A stretch of 64,000 nucleotides of DNA, taken from Abditibacterium sp. (GTDB taxonomy: Bacteria; Armatimonadota; Abditibacteriia; Abditibacteriales; Abditibacteriaceae). Every line of letters starts with the position of its first letter. Position 1 is the stretch's first letter. The notes under the pieces are model-generated. The model searched no databases and was not told the DNA's origin. It saw only the letters and a program-made list of their open reading frames with translations. Positions 40,712 through 49,868 of the stretch are shown here, piece by piece. The DNA lies in NCBI GenBank assembly GCA_965199495.1, contig CBDASK010000003.1, positions 2,624,001 through 2,688,000 on the forward strand. The letters run 5' to 3'. Both the position numbers and the translations under genes were made by a program.

Positions 40712-41998
40712 TTATTTCGTTGGGCGCCGCCATTTGGCCGCGAACATTCCATCGGCGCCGTCGCGATGCGGCCACGTCTGCAACCAACCTTCTTCTGTTT
40801 GAACGTCTTTCATCCAATCCGGTGCGCGCTCGATTGTCCAACCGCTGCGCTGCGTAAACGCTCGCGCTTGCTCGACGTTTTCTTCGGGTTCGAGCGAACA
40901 CGTCGAATAAATTAGAGCGCCGCCGGGCACAACCAATTTTGCGGCGGCGTCCAATAGTTCGCGTTGCAATTCGACCAATTCGGCCAAGGCTTGCGGCGTT
41001 TTGCGCCATTTCGCGTCGGGGCGACGGCGCAAAGTTCCCGTTCCCAGACACGGCGCGTCGAGCAACACCAAATCGGCGGGTTCGCCGTGGCTGCTCGTGT
41101 CGCGGACATCGGCGGTTTGAACGCGCATGATCGAAATGCCCAAACGCGCCGCGTTTTCGCGCACCAATTTCAGCCGTCCCGGCGCGATGTCCACGCATTC
41201 GATGCGCCCGCGATTCTCCATCAACTGCGCGCAGTGCGTCGCTTTGCCGCCGGGCGCTCCGGCCAAATCCAATATGCGTTCGCCCGCAAGGGGCGCGGCG
41301 TAATATGCGACCAACTGCGCGGCTTCGTCCTGCACGAAAAACTCGCCGTCGTTCCAGCCGGGTAACTGCGTCGGGGCGCCGCCATCGAGCGTTATCGCGT
41401 CGGGCGATAATTGGCCCGCGCGCGCATTGGGCAAACGCGCGAGCAATGCGTCGCGCGAAATTTTCAGCGTATTGGCGCGCAAACACAAAGGCGCGCGCTG
41501 ATTATTGGCGTCCAACAATTGTCGCGTTTGCTCGGCGCCCAAATTTTTAATGTAGCGTTGCACCAGCCACTGCGGATGCGAAAATTCAATCGCCAACTGT
41601 TGCGGCAAATCGGCGGGCGCCGCGCGCCATTGCGCGGGAATGCGCCGCGCGACGGCGTTGACGAAACCGACCGCCGATTCCTTGCGCTCGTCACGCATCA
41701 AGCCCGCGTATTCGCCGACAAATCCGTGCGGCGGCGTGTTTAACACTAACTTTTCGTAAGCCGCCAAACGCAAAGCCGCGCGCACGGACGCATCGAGTTT
41801 GGCGATTGGTTTGGATAAAAGCGGTTGCAGCGTCCAGTCCAATTTGGCGCGATTGCGTTGCGTGCCCGAATAGATTTCGCGTGCAAAAGGGCGCACACCC
41901 GCGTTCAAATCGCGAAAATCGGGCGCGACCATATCGTTACTTTCGGAGCGCATCAGCGCGCGGAGCGCCATTTGTCGCGCGGCAGTTTTTGGGTGCAT
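40712..41998 (-). CDS. rsmB: 16S rRNA m5C967 methyltransferase
   Basis: NusB-like N-terminus; VQDEAAQ, APGGK, LLDAPC, YSTCS...EEN. Confidence 0.95.
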   Translation of the reverse strand: MHPKTAARQMALRALMRSESNDMVAPDFRDLNAGVRPFAREIYSGTQRNRAKLDWTLQPLLSKPIAKLDASVRAALRLAAYEKLVLNTPPHGFVGEYAGLMRDERKESAVGFVNAVARRIPAQWRAAPADLPQQLAIEFSHPQWLVQRYIKNLGAEQTRQLLDANNQRAPLCLRANTLKISRDALLARLPNARAGQLSPDAITLDGGAPTQLPGWNDGEFFVQDEAAQLVAYYAAPLAGERILDLAGAPGGKATHCAQLMENRGRIECVDIAPGRLKLVRENAARLGISIMRVQTADVRDTSSHGEPADLVLLDAPCLGTGTLRRRPDAKWRKTPQALAELVELQRELLDAAAKLVVPGGALIYSTCSLEPEENVEQARAFTQRSGWTIERAPDWMKDVQTEEGWLQTWPHRDGADGMFAAKWRRPTK

Positions 41999-42015
41999 AA
42001 ATCGGAGAACTTTGT

Positions 42016-42246
42016 TTAAGCGTTACTCTCGCGCTGGCTTTGCGCTTGCGCCGCTTCGATTTCAGCAGCCACGTCGCCTTGCAACGCGTGTTCGGCGCCA
42101 CTTCTGAGCGTGATATAAGTGACTTTGTATTTGCCGCGTAGAAACAGAGTTAAAGTTTTTTGTTCAATCAAAATCACATCGTTCGAATCGAATTCGACAT
42201 CATTATCGGAGTGGTAGAAAGGATCGTTAAAAACTTTATATCGCAT
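42016..42246 (-). CDS. Small hypothetical protein (76 aa)
   Basis: ORF fills the gap upstream of rsmB on the same strand. Confidence 0.55.
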   Translation of the reverse strand: MRYKVFNDPFYHSDNDVEFDSNDVILIEQKTLTLFLRGKYKVTYITLRSGAEHALQGDVAAEIEAAQAQSQRESNA

Positions 42247-42374
42247 TGTTTGGCTTAGGTTTGTAAAGTTGATTTTAAAAGTGCGTAATCCGAATTATCT
42301 CTTTCTATGATCGAGATTAAAGCAAAAATATTTAACCAAGGCGAAATTTTTTACCGCGTAGATAATCTTCGATT

Positions 42375-43232
42375 CTACGGAGTTACAGCAGGAGTAACGC
42401 CATTCGCTTTCAGGATTTTATCGAAGAATAAAACGTGATAAGGCAGGGAATTCTGCCAGTAGTCCCAGGTGTGTTCGCCCGGTCGCTCGGAGTAGTCGTG
42501 CGGAATTTTGTTGGCGACTAAACGTTGGTGCAAGTCGCGGTTGTAGCTGATCAAAAAATCGTCCACGCCACAATCAATGATAAGGGGCAAGCCGTTGGTT
42601 TTCATTTTATCAACCATGTTAATGACGGCGTTGGCGGCGTAATAGTCGGGAGTAGCGCCCCTTGGGCCAAGCACGGTTTTAAATTCGTCCGTGTAGCCGG
42701 TCATGCTGCCGATGTCTACGGCGCCGCTCATGCTGCCCGCCGCGCAAAAGAGATCGGGATGGCGCGTCGCCAAATATAGCGCGCCATGACCGCCCATCGA
42801 AAGGCCCGTTATCACGCGACCTTTTTTGTTGGCCACGGTGCGATAAGAGGCGTCTATTTTAGGAATGACTTCTTGGATAATATGCGTTTCAAATTGGCTT
42901 GCTTTGTTGACCGGGCTATCCAGATAAAACCCGAAAGTTTCGCCTTCGGGCATGACAATAATGAGATTATATTGATCGGCCAAATGGGGCACGAGCCTTT
43001 TATCGGGCGTTTTGTTCAACCAGTCATCGTAGTGGCCGTAGGCTCCGTGCAACAAATACAAAACCGGATAAGACGCCTGATTTTTCGCATAAGAATCGGG
43101 CAACACCACGTTCGCCCGGTAGGTCTTGTTCATCGAAGCGCTGGGAATATCCAGCGTTTCGACGCGGGCCGCCATGCTGGGAAGCTGAACCAAAAGGGCC
43201 ATGACAAAACAAAGGAAAAAGCGCATATTCAT
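42375..43232 (-). CDS. Secreted esterase (CE1/tributyrin esterase-like alpha/beta hydrolase)
   Basis: YPVLYLLHG, GLSMGG, DCG.DD, GEHTWDYW; signal peptide. Confidence 0.88.
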   Translation of the reverse strand: MNMRFFLCFVMALLVQLPSMAARVETLDIPSASMNKTYRANVVLPDSYAKNQASYPVLYLLHGAYGHYDDWLNKTPDKRLVPHLADQYNLIIVMPEGETFGFYLDSPVNKASQFETHIIQEVIPKIDASYRTVANKKGRVITGLSMGGHGALYLATRHPDLFCAAGSMSGAVDIGSMTGYTDEFKTVLGPRGATPDYYAANAVINMVDKMKTNGLPLIIDCGVDDFLISYNRDLHQRLVANKIPHDYSERPGEHTWDYWQNSLPYHVLFFDKILKANGVTPAVTP

Positions 43233-43293
43233 AGTATGGCAGCAAATTATTTGGAGTGAGAGAAGAGCGCCATCAATTGCCAGCGCCGCGTGT

Positions 43294-44226
43294 TTAATTT
43301 TCACCAAGTCCAAACTTTCCGCCAACTTCTAATCTCGCGCCGCGTGCCCAATCTGCCGCGTTCATACGCGGTTTGCCGGGCGCTTGCACTTCCAACAGTT
43401 GAACCGACCCAGCCGCCGTGGCTACTATCGGCCCGGCCTTATCCAATTCTAAAATCGTGCCCGTTTCACCCACTTTATCGGCGATTCGCGCGCGATATAT
43501 TCTGAGCGGCGCGCCGCCAAACTCACAAAACGCGACAGGCCACGCGCTCCACGCGCGCGCAGTGTTGACGATGCACTCGGCGCTCATCGTCCACTCTATT
43601 TTGGCGTCGTCTTTCTCGATTTGCGGCGCCAGCGTCACTTCACTTTCATTCTGTGGCACGCGCGGCGCGGTTCCGCTTTCGAGCATCGCGAACGTTTCGA
43701 CCAAAACGCGCGCGCCGATTTCGTTCAAGCGCGGAAACAGTTCGTCGGCGGTTTCGCCGTTTTCAATCGGAACTTCGACTTGCTGGATAACATCGCCCGC
43801 GTCCAACTTCGCCGCCATCCATTGCGTCGTCACGCCAGTTACGGTGTCGCCGTTCCAAATCGCGTATTGGACGGGCGCGGCGCCGCGCCAACGCGGCAAA
43901 AGCGAATAATGCAAGTTGACGCAGCCACGCGGCGCCATGTCCAAAATCGCTTGCGGCAAAATCTGGCCGAACGCCACAACGGCAATCGCATCGGGCGCAA
44001 ACGCGGCGAGTTCTTCGATAAATTCTTCATCGCGCGCGCGCCGTGGCTGCAAGACGGGCACGCCGATTTCGAGCGCGCGTTGTTTAACCGGCGGCGCGAT
44101 AAGTTTATGGCCGCGCCCGCCGATTTTATCGGGCTGACTCACAGCCACGGCGATCTGGTGATGCTGCGCGAGCGCGTCCAGACACGGCATGGCGAGGGCG
44201 GGCGTGCCCATAAATGCGATTTTCAT
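43294..44226 (-). CDS. fmt: Methionyl-tRNA formyltransferase
   Basis: MKIAFMGTP, SQPD, NLHYSLLPRWRGAAP, LDAGD. Confidence 0.95.
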   Translation of the reverse strand: MKIAFMGTPALAMPCLDALAQHHQIAVAVSQPDKIGGRGHKLIAPPVKQRALEIGVPVLQPRRARDEEFIEELAAFAPDAIAVVAFGQILPQAILDMAPRGCVNLHYSLLPRWRGAAPVQYAIWNGDTVTGVTTQWMAAKLDAGDVIQQVEVPIENGETADELFPRLNEIGARVLVETFAMLESGTAPRVPQNESEVTLAPQIEKDDAKIEWTMSAECIVNTARAWSAWPVAFCEFGGAPLRIYRARIADKVGETGTILELDKAGPIVATAAGSVQLLEVQAPGKPRMNAADWARGARLEVGGKFGLGEN

Positions 44227-44322
44227 AAAGCGAATCGATGAGTTTGGCACAACGGCGGTGCAGACTCTATTGCGGGACGTGCGCGCCCTGACTTTTTGGT
44301 CGAATTGCAGTAAATTAACTGG

Positions 44323-45528
44323 ATGTCTTTGCGTTCTTTCTTTTCTCGTGCGCGCCCTTCCGATGCCGACCCAACAGCAGCCACGGCGTCTCCGTTGAGC
44401 GGCGAATGTCACGCCCTCGCCGCTGCTTACAATGCTTTGGGCTGGGATGTGCTTGAGCGTTTGGTCGCGGCAGATAGCCGGAAGAACTGCTTGATTTCGC
44501 CTTTGAGCATCGCCGTTTGTTTGATGATGGTGCAAGTCGGTGCGGCGCGCGAAACTCGCAACGAAATGACGCAACTCTTGCGCGTCGGCGATTTGAGTGA
44601 GGCGGCGATAGATCAGGCGACGCCACTTTTTTTGGCTTCGTTGCGCGCGCCCAACGAAATCGAACTGCGCGTCGCCAACTCGTTGTGGGTCAACAAAAAC
44701 ATTCAACTGGCGGCGCCGTTTGCGCGCCGTTGTCAGCAGATTTTCGAGGCCCGCGCCTCCTCGCTCGACTTCGCGGCGCCCGCATCGGTCGCGCGCATCA
44801 ACGATTGGGTGAGCGCGGCTACGCACGGCAAAATTGATCGCATCGTCGAAAAATTGGAGCCACTCGATTTTCTGTTTTTGATTAACGCCGTTTATTTTCG
44901 CGGCGATTGGCTCGATCCCTTCGAGAAACGAAACACCAAGGCCGAGACTTTTCACGCTCCGTCGGGCGCAACGCCAGTCGAGATGATGAACCGGCGCGCC
45001 CATTTTCGTTATCTGGAAAACGCGGTCTGCCAGATGGTCGCGTTGCCCTACGGCGGCAAACGCTTCGCGCTTTATCTGTTGTTGCCGCGCCCGAATTCAA
45101 GCGTCGCCGCAGTGCTTCAACGCATCAGGCCAAACGATTTGAATTCTGACATCACCAAAATGCAGCGGTGCGAAGGCCGCGTGAGTTTGCCGCGCTTCAA
45201 GATGAACTACGACGTAGATTTATCCAAATGTCTTCAGGCGTTGGGAATGCGCGAGGCTTTCGATGAACGCCGCGCCGATTTCTCGCCGATGAGCGCCGAA
45301 CCGCTCTTCGTCGGCGCGGTGATTCACAAAACCGTGTTCGATCTGGACGAAACCGGAACCGAAGCCGCCGCCGTCACCGCCGCCAAAATTGTGGGGAGTA
45401 TGGCGCCAGCGACTCCGCCGCAACCGTTTGAGTTCATCGCCAATCACCCGTTTGCGCTGATATTGCGGGACGATTGGAGCGGAGCCTGGCTGTTCGCGGG
45501 CCTGTTGAACGCGCCATCGAGCGACTAA
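44323..45528 (+). CDS. Serpin
   Basis: N..ISPLSI, INDWV...T.GKI, NAVYFRG.W, LPRFK, DETGTEAAA hinge, F.ANHPF. Confidence 0.95.
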   Translation: MSLRSFFSRARPSDADPTAATASPLSGECHALAAAYNALGWDVLERLVAADSRKNCLISPLSIAVCLMMVQVGAARETRNEMTQLLRVGDLSEAAIDQATPLFLASLRAPNEIELRVANSLWVNKNIQLAAPFARRCQQIFEARASSLDFAAPASVARINDWVSAATHGKIDRIVEKLEPLDFLFLINAVYFRGDWLDPFEKRNTKAETFHAPSGATPVEMMNRRAHFRYLENAVCQMVALPYGGKRFALYLLLPRPNSSVAAVLQRIRPNDLNSDITKMQRCEGRVSLPRFKMNYDVDLSKCLQALGMREAFDERRADFSPMSAEPLFVGAVIHKTVFDLDETGTEAAAVTAAKIVGSMAPATPPQPFEFIANHPFALILRDDWSGAWLFAGLLNAPSSD

Positions 45529-45534
45529 TGTTTT

Positions 45535-46155
45535 CTATCTCTTGCCGCGTTCGATGCGTTCGGCCAACGCTTCCGAAATATGCAAATTCTCTGGCAATCG
45601 CTTCGATTTGTAGGCGTCCTTGATTTTGTCGCGCGTGGTGCGGCGCAGCAAAACGGTTTCTTCGCCTTCGTCGTCCAAACCTTCGATAAGCCAGACGATG
45701 GACTCGACTTCGGCGCGCTCCAGATACATGATGCCATCCAAATGATCGGTTTCGTGCTGAATACAGGTCGCGGCGCGCCCGGTGTCCTCTGAATCTTCCA
45801 AAGTCCATTCGACGGGCTTATTATTTTCGTCGCGGCCCATCACCGTTACGCGTTTGGCGCGTTTGACTTGCGCTTGCACGCCGGGAATCGAAAGGCAACC
45901 TTCGTCGTTTTTGACTTCGCCCGAACGTTTGACGATTTTTGGATTGATCAACGCGTGCTTGTCGTCGCCGACGCGAAACACGAAAATACGCTTGGAAACG
46001 CCGACTTGCGGCGCGGCCAAACCGGCGCCGTCGGCGGCTTCCATCGTCTCGAACATGTCTTTGATCAGTTTCTTGTCGGCGGGCGTCAGCCGGTCAACGG
46101 CGGCGGCTTTCTTGCGCAAAATTGGGTCGCCCCAAATGCGAATCGGTAAAATCAT
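45535..46155 (-). CDS. def: Peptide deformylase
   Basis: GAGLAAPQVG, EGCLS, QHETDHLDG. Confidence 0.95.
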   Translation of the reverse strand: MILPIRIWGDPILRKKAAAVDRLTPADKKLIKDMFETMEAADGAGLAAPQVGVSKRIFVFRVGDDKHALINPKIVKRSGEVKNDEGCLSIPGVQAQVKRAKRVTVMGRDENNKPVEWTLEDSEDTGRAATCIQHETDHLDGIMYLERAEVESIVWLIEGLDDEGEETVLLRRTTRDKIKDAYKSKRLPENLHISEALAERIERGKR

Positions 46156-46209
46156 AATGAGGAAAGGATAAAGGCTAAAGGTCAACGCATAAAGGGGCGA
46201 GTGCGGATT

Positions 46210-47418
46210 TTAGTTTTTCGCGTCGCTTTCGGCCCCAGTCGTTTCACGGCTTTGATGCCATGCCTTTTCGAGTTCGTCCAACCGATTGGTCTCATATTCG
46301 GGGGCGCCCAGTTTCGCGACTTTTTCGCGCGCGGCGGCGATGTCGCTGGTTTCGAGCGTGCCCAGCACCAACTTGAAGTGGCACGTCTGACGCGCCAAAC
46401 GCGCTTCGCGCGCGAGTTGGCCGTTGCCCTCGATCCATTTCGTCTCGTTCTCGACCAATTTCAACGCTTGGTCGGGCGAACCCAGACGCCAATAAGTCAT
46501 CATCCAGGTGCGAAAGAAGTATTCGTTGGGGAAACGCGCGTGCGCGAAAAACTCGTCAATGGCGCGCTTAAAATTATCGCCCGCGTCCTCGCGATTCAGC
46601 AGAAATCCCGTGTGAGCCAGCCACATCCGAATTTCTGGCTCGAACTCGTCTTGCTTGATTTCTGCGGAAATTTCTTGCGCACGCTTCGCCAACGCCTCGA
46701 CTTCGCGGGCGCGATCCAGAAAATCTTCGACGCCCACGAAACCTTGTTGAACCGGCACGACCTCTGATTCTTCGGTCAAAGTCGCCGCGTCAATCAACTT
46801 TTCGGCGGGCCACTCCGCCTGCATTTCGACTTCGCACTGCGACAACAGCGACTGAAATAAATGATGTTTGTTGTCGGCGCGCTCGCACTCAGCCACGTCG
46901 CGGCGGCCCAACTCCAACGCTTCGTCGTCGCGCCCGCAATCGAACAGAAAATCGCGCCTCAAACCCTGAATGCACAAATAACACTCGGTTTCGCGCGAAG
47001 TTTCACGCTCCATATAATCCAACGCCTCTTCGATAATGCGGGCGTGGCCGCGCGCGTCAATGCCGACGAACGACGAAATCAAATCTTCCTGCAAGCAGAC
47101 GCGCTGCGGCAACGTGGCGTAAGCGGGTTTGCGCGCCTCGACGGCCACGCGCGCGGCCAAATCGCGCGCCTTGTTATAATCGCGCTGTTTGTTGAGCAGA
47201 TTTTGCAACTTCCAATGCTCGAAGAACAGCGTCCACCAACCGTCGCCCAGCGCGTGCGCGCGCATCCGGCCTTCTTCGAGGGCGGCGAACGCGGCCTGCG
47301 GGTTATCGTCGTCCACTTTCATCGCGTGACGGTGCAGCCAATAAAGTTCGAGGCGCGAATCGTCGCCCTTTTCGCGATGTTCTTCGACGGAGTCGTAAAG
47401 CCAATTCCAGATATTCAT
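46210..47418 (-). CDS. Hypothetical all-helical (TPR-like) protein
   Basis: Long ORF with host-like codon usage, co-oriented with neighbours. Confidence 0.7.
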   Translation of the reverse strand: MNIWNWLYDSVEEHREKGDDSRLELYWLHRHAMKVDDDNPQAAFAALEEGRMRAHALGDGWWTLFFEHWKLQNLLNKQRDYNKARDLAARVAVEARKPAYATLPQRVCLQEDLISSFVGIDARGHARIIEEALDYMERETSRETECYLCIQGLRRDFLFDCGRDDEALELGRRDVAECERADNKHHLFQSLLSQCEVEMQAEWPAEKLIDAATLTEESEVVPVQQGFVGVEDFLDRAREVEALAKRAQEISAEIKQDEFEPEIRMWLAHTGFLLNREDAGDNFKRAIDEFFAHARFPNEYFFRTWMMTYWRLGSPDQALKLVENETKWIEGNGQLAREARLARQTCHFKLVLGTLETSDIAAAREKVAKLGAPEYETNRLDELEKAWHQSRETTGAESDAKN

Positions 47419-47448
47419 AGAGTTCACGATTGGCAAGCAATTAACCAC

Positions 47449-49479
47449 TCATTGAATGCCCTCGCGCGCCCAGCGATTCCACAGTTCCTGCTGGCCGATG
47501 CCCAGCACGCTACGAAACGCGGTTTCGGGCGGCAGATCGCGCCCGATCTGGCGCAGAATTTCTAAAACCGCGTTTTTGCCCCACTTCGCCACGATGTAAT
47601 CCACAATCGAGTTGGCCTGCGAATACGCTAAAAACGCGCGCTCGCCGTCCACATTCCACGCCATCATTTCGTCCATGCCCAAAAGCGTGTTGTTATTGGC
47701 GGCGCGGCGCACGCGACTGATGTAACCATCGTAGCCGCCTTCGACGGCGGTCGCGATGCCTTCGTTGAACCAGACCGGAACCTGACGAGCGCGCGACAGG
47801 TTGCGCACGGCGACGTGGCCGTATTCGTGGGCGATAGTGCCAAACAGTGCGTCGGGATTGTCAGTGAAAGAATTAATCTCTTCGCCCAAAACGACTGGGC
47901 CATTGCGCGTCGAAACCAGTTTCGTCAGCGTTAAAGCGGCGACGAATTCATTGCCGCCCTGATCGGAAAATTGCGTGGTGTAGCGCGCGAATTCGTTCTG
48001 GTTGCGCCACAGCAAAACTTCGGTATTGCCCATCGGAATCCCAAAATCCGCATAAACCGTGTGTTGCGCTTCTTCGAGCGCCGCCAACATCGTCACGGCG
48101 TTGGGATCGCCGGGATAGAGCCGCACGGTGAAAAGTTCCGAACGCACGATGTTGGGTGGCTTGATGCGGCTCAGGCGATCACGCTCGCTCAAATGTTCGC
48201 TCAGCAGTTGCGCCCACGCCGCGTCGTCGCCGCGCGCGGGCGAAATCAGTTGCAATCGGTTCGCTTCGAGGGCCATCGCGCGCGCGTTATCGTCGTAGCC
48301 CCAGCGAGAGAATTCCAGTCCCAATCGCAGCGCCGTCAAAACTTCGGGTTGCGCCTGTTGCTGGGCTTGCAAGGCGTTAATCAAATAATTCGGATGATCC
48401 AGCCCCAACCCGATGCTTGTTTCCGATTGCTGCTGTTGCAGCACGATTTTTTCGGGATCGAGTGCGCGATTGGCTTCGGCCTCGCGCAGAGCAGGGGCGC
48501 CGACCAAGCCGGGTTGCAAAAGTTCGGCTTTGCGCAGTTCGTCGGCGGATTCGCCCCACAAGCCGACGTTTGACAGCGCCTGAGCGAACTCTTTGTGCGC
48601 ACCCGCGCGGCCAAACGAAAACTCGTTGGCGTCGTTCATGCGATCGCGCAAAAGCGTCGCACTGGCGTCGGCGGCGGGAGTGATGCGGCGCGCGCGGTCG
48701 AAGGCGCTACCGACGCCGCTCCAATCGCTGGCGCCGCGTTGCAACAGAAAATGGCCGGTCACCGTGCCCGTGCCGGGCGCACTGGCGAATTGCCGTTGCA
48801 ACCAATCGCGCGTTTCTGAAGGGTCGCGCGTCGAAACGCGGCTAAAACCGCCGACACGGTCGCGAATGATGCCGTTCCAACGTTGCGAACGCAGGGCAAT
48901 CCAGCGCCCGCCAACGCGCGAGGCCACCAAATCCAAAACCGCGTCGCCCCTGCCAACGCCCTCGTCCCATTCGGCGCCCGCGCGCTGCAACAGCGCTTCG
49001 ATGGCATCAGTCGGCGCGGGAAAGCGTTGACCGGGAATCGCGAAACCGCCGCCGGGCACGCGCGCCAACCACAACTCCTGCGTGCCGCTCGATAGAGCCA
49101 CCGGCACCGCGCGCACAATCGAAATCGCGTAACGCTCGCGCACGAGCGCGCCCACCGGGGAAATCGCGATTTGCACGATTTGCGTCTGCACCTGCACCGG
49201 CGAACTATCGGCGGGCAAACCCGCGCCAAACAGCGCCAGAGCATTGACATCGCGATTGCGCGCCGCCTCGTCGAGGCGGCTCAAGGTCGCGCGAATCGCG
49301 CTGACATCTTCGGCACTGCCGCCGGTTTGCGCCAACGGCAAGTTGACCGGAATATCGAGCGGTTGCGGCGCCTGTTGCGCGTGACCAATGCTCGCGATGC
49401 AAAGCAGCCAGCAAACGAGCAAAAGCCGCGCGAACTGTTCGCGCGGCTGAAATTGCGAGGATGAAAATGAACGACGCAT
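47449..49479 (-). CDS. Secreted peptidase MA-clan (gluzincin) metalloprotease-domain protein
   Basis: HEYGH...WFNEGIA...AY; signal peptide. Confidence 0.8.
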   Translation of the reverse strand: MRRSFSSSQFQPREQFARLLLVCWLLCIASIGHAQQAPQPLDIPVNLPLAQTGGSAEDVSAIRATLSRLDEAARNRDVNALALFGAGLPADSSPVQVQTQIVQIAISPVGALVRERYAISIVRAVPVALSSGTQELWLARVPGGGFAIPGQRFPAPTDAIEALLQRAGAEWDEGVGRGDAVLDLVASRVGGRWIALRSQRWNGIIRDRVGGFSRVSTRDPSETRDWLQRQFASAPGTGTVTGHFLLQRGASDWSGVGSAFDRARRITPAADASATLLRDRMNDANEFSFGRAGAHKEFAQALSNVGLWGESADELRKAELLQPGLVGAPALREAEANRALDPEKIVLQQQQSETSIGLGLDHPNYLINALQAQQQAQPEVLTALRLGLEFSRWGYDDNARAMALEANRLQLISPARGDDAAWAQLLSEHLSERDRLSRIKPPNIVRSELFTVRLYPGDPNAVTMLAALEEAQHTVYADFGIPMGNTEVLLWRNQNEFARYTTQFSDQGGNEFVAALTLTKLVSTRNGPVVLGEEINSFTDNPDALFGTIAHEYGHVAVRNLSRARQVPVWFNEGIATAVEGGYDGYISRVRRAANNNTLLGMDEMMAWNVDGERAFLAYSQANSIVDYIVAKWGKNAVLEILRQIGRDLPPETAFRSVLGIGQQELWNRWAREGIQ

Positions 49480-49597
49480 CAAAGGAAAACCAGAAGAAAA
49501 AAGCTCAATCTTTGACGAACGTCGCGGCCCAGAGTTGCCGGGGGAAACCGTCGGTTTTGTCAACGATCCCGACGTTTACCGACAGGTCGTTCCGTTA

Positions 49598-49840
49598 TCA
49601 GTTGTTCAGGAGCGGCATCACTCTACTGAGAGTTACGCAGTTGGCCCGCGTCTGTCATTTCGAGCGGAGCCGAGAAATCTTGTGCCCGCGCGGCAGCGCA
49701 GTTCAAGCGACTTTCACGTTTAGACTTATGCATCATCTCCGATGGCGCGGGGCCGCAAGATTTCTCGGCTCCGCTCAAAATGACAGACGCGAGCCAACTG
49801 CGTAACTCTCAGTAGAGTGATGCCGCTCCTGAACAACTGA
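49598..49840. repeat. Composite long palindrome, family E
   Basis: 85-bp arms with two mismatches (49598-49682 / 49756-49840). Confidence 0.9.
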
Positions 49841-49868
49841 AACACTGATAACTAAACCTTTGCCGACG

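Noticed and set aside
44227..45003. N-terminal extension of fmt in the ORF track (569 aa)
   Set aside because: It is mostly the antisense shadow of the serpin; Fmt starts at MKIAFMGTP (44226)
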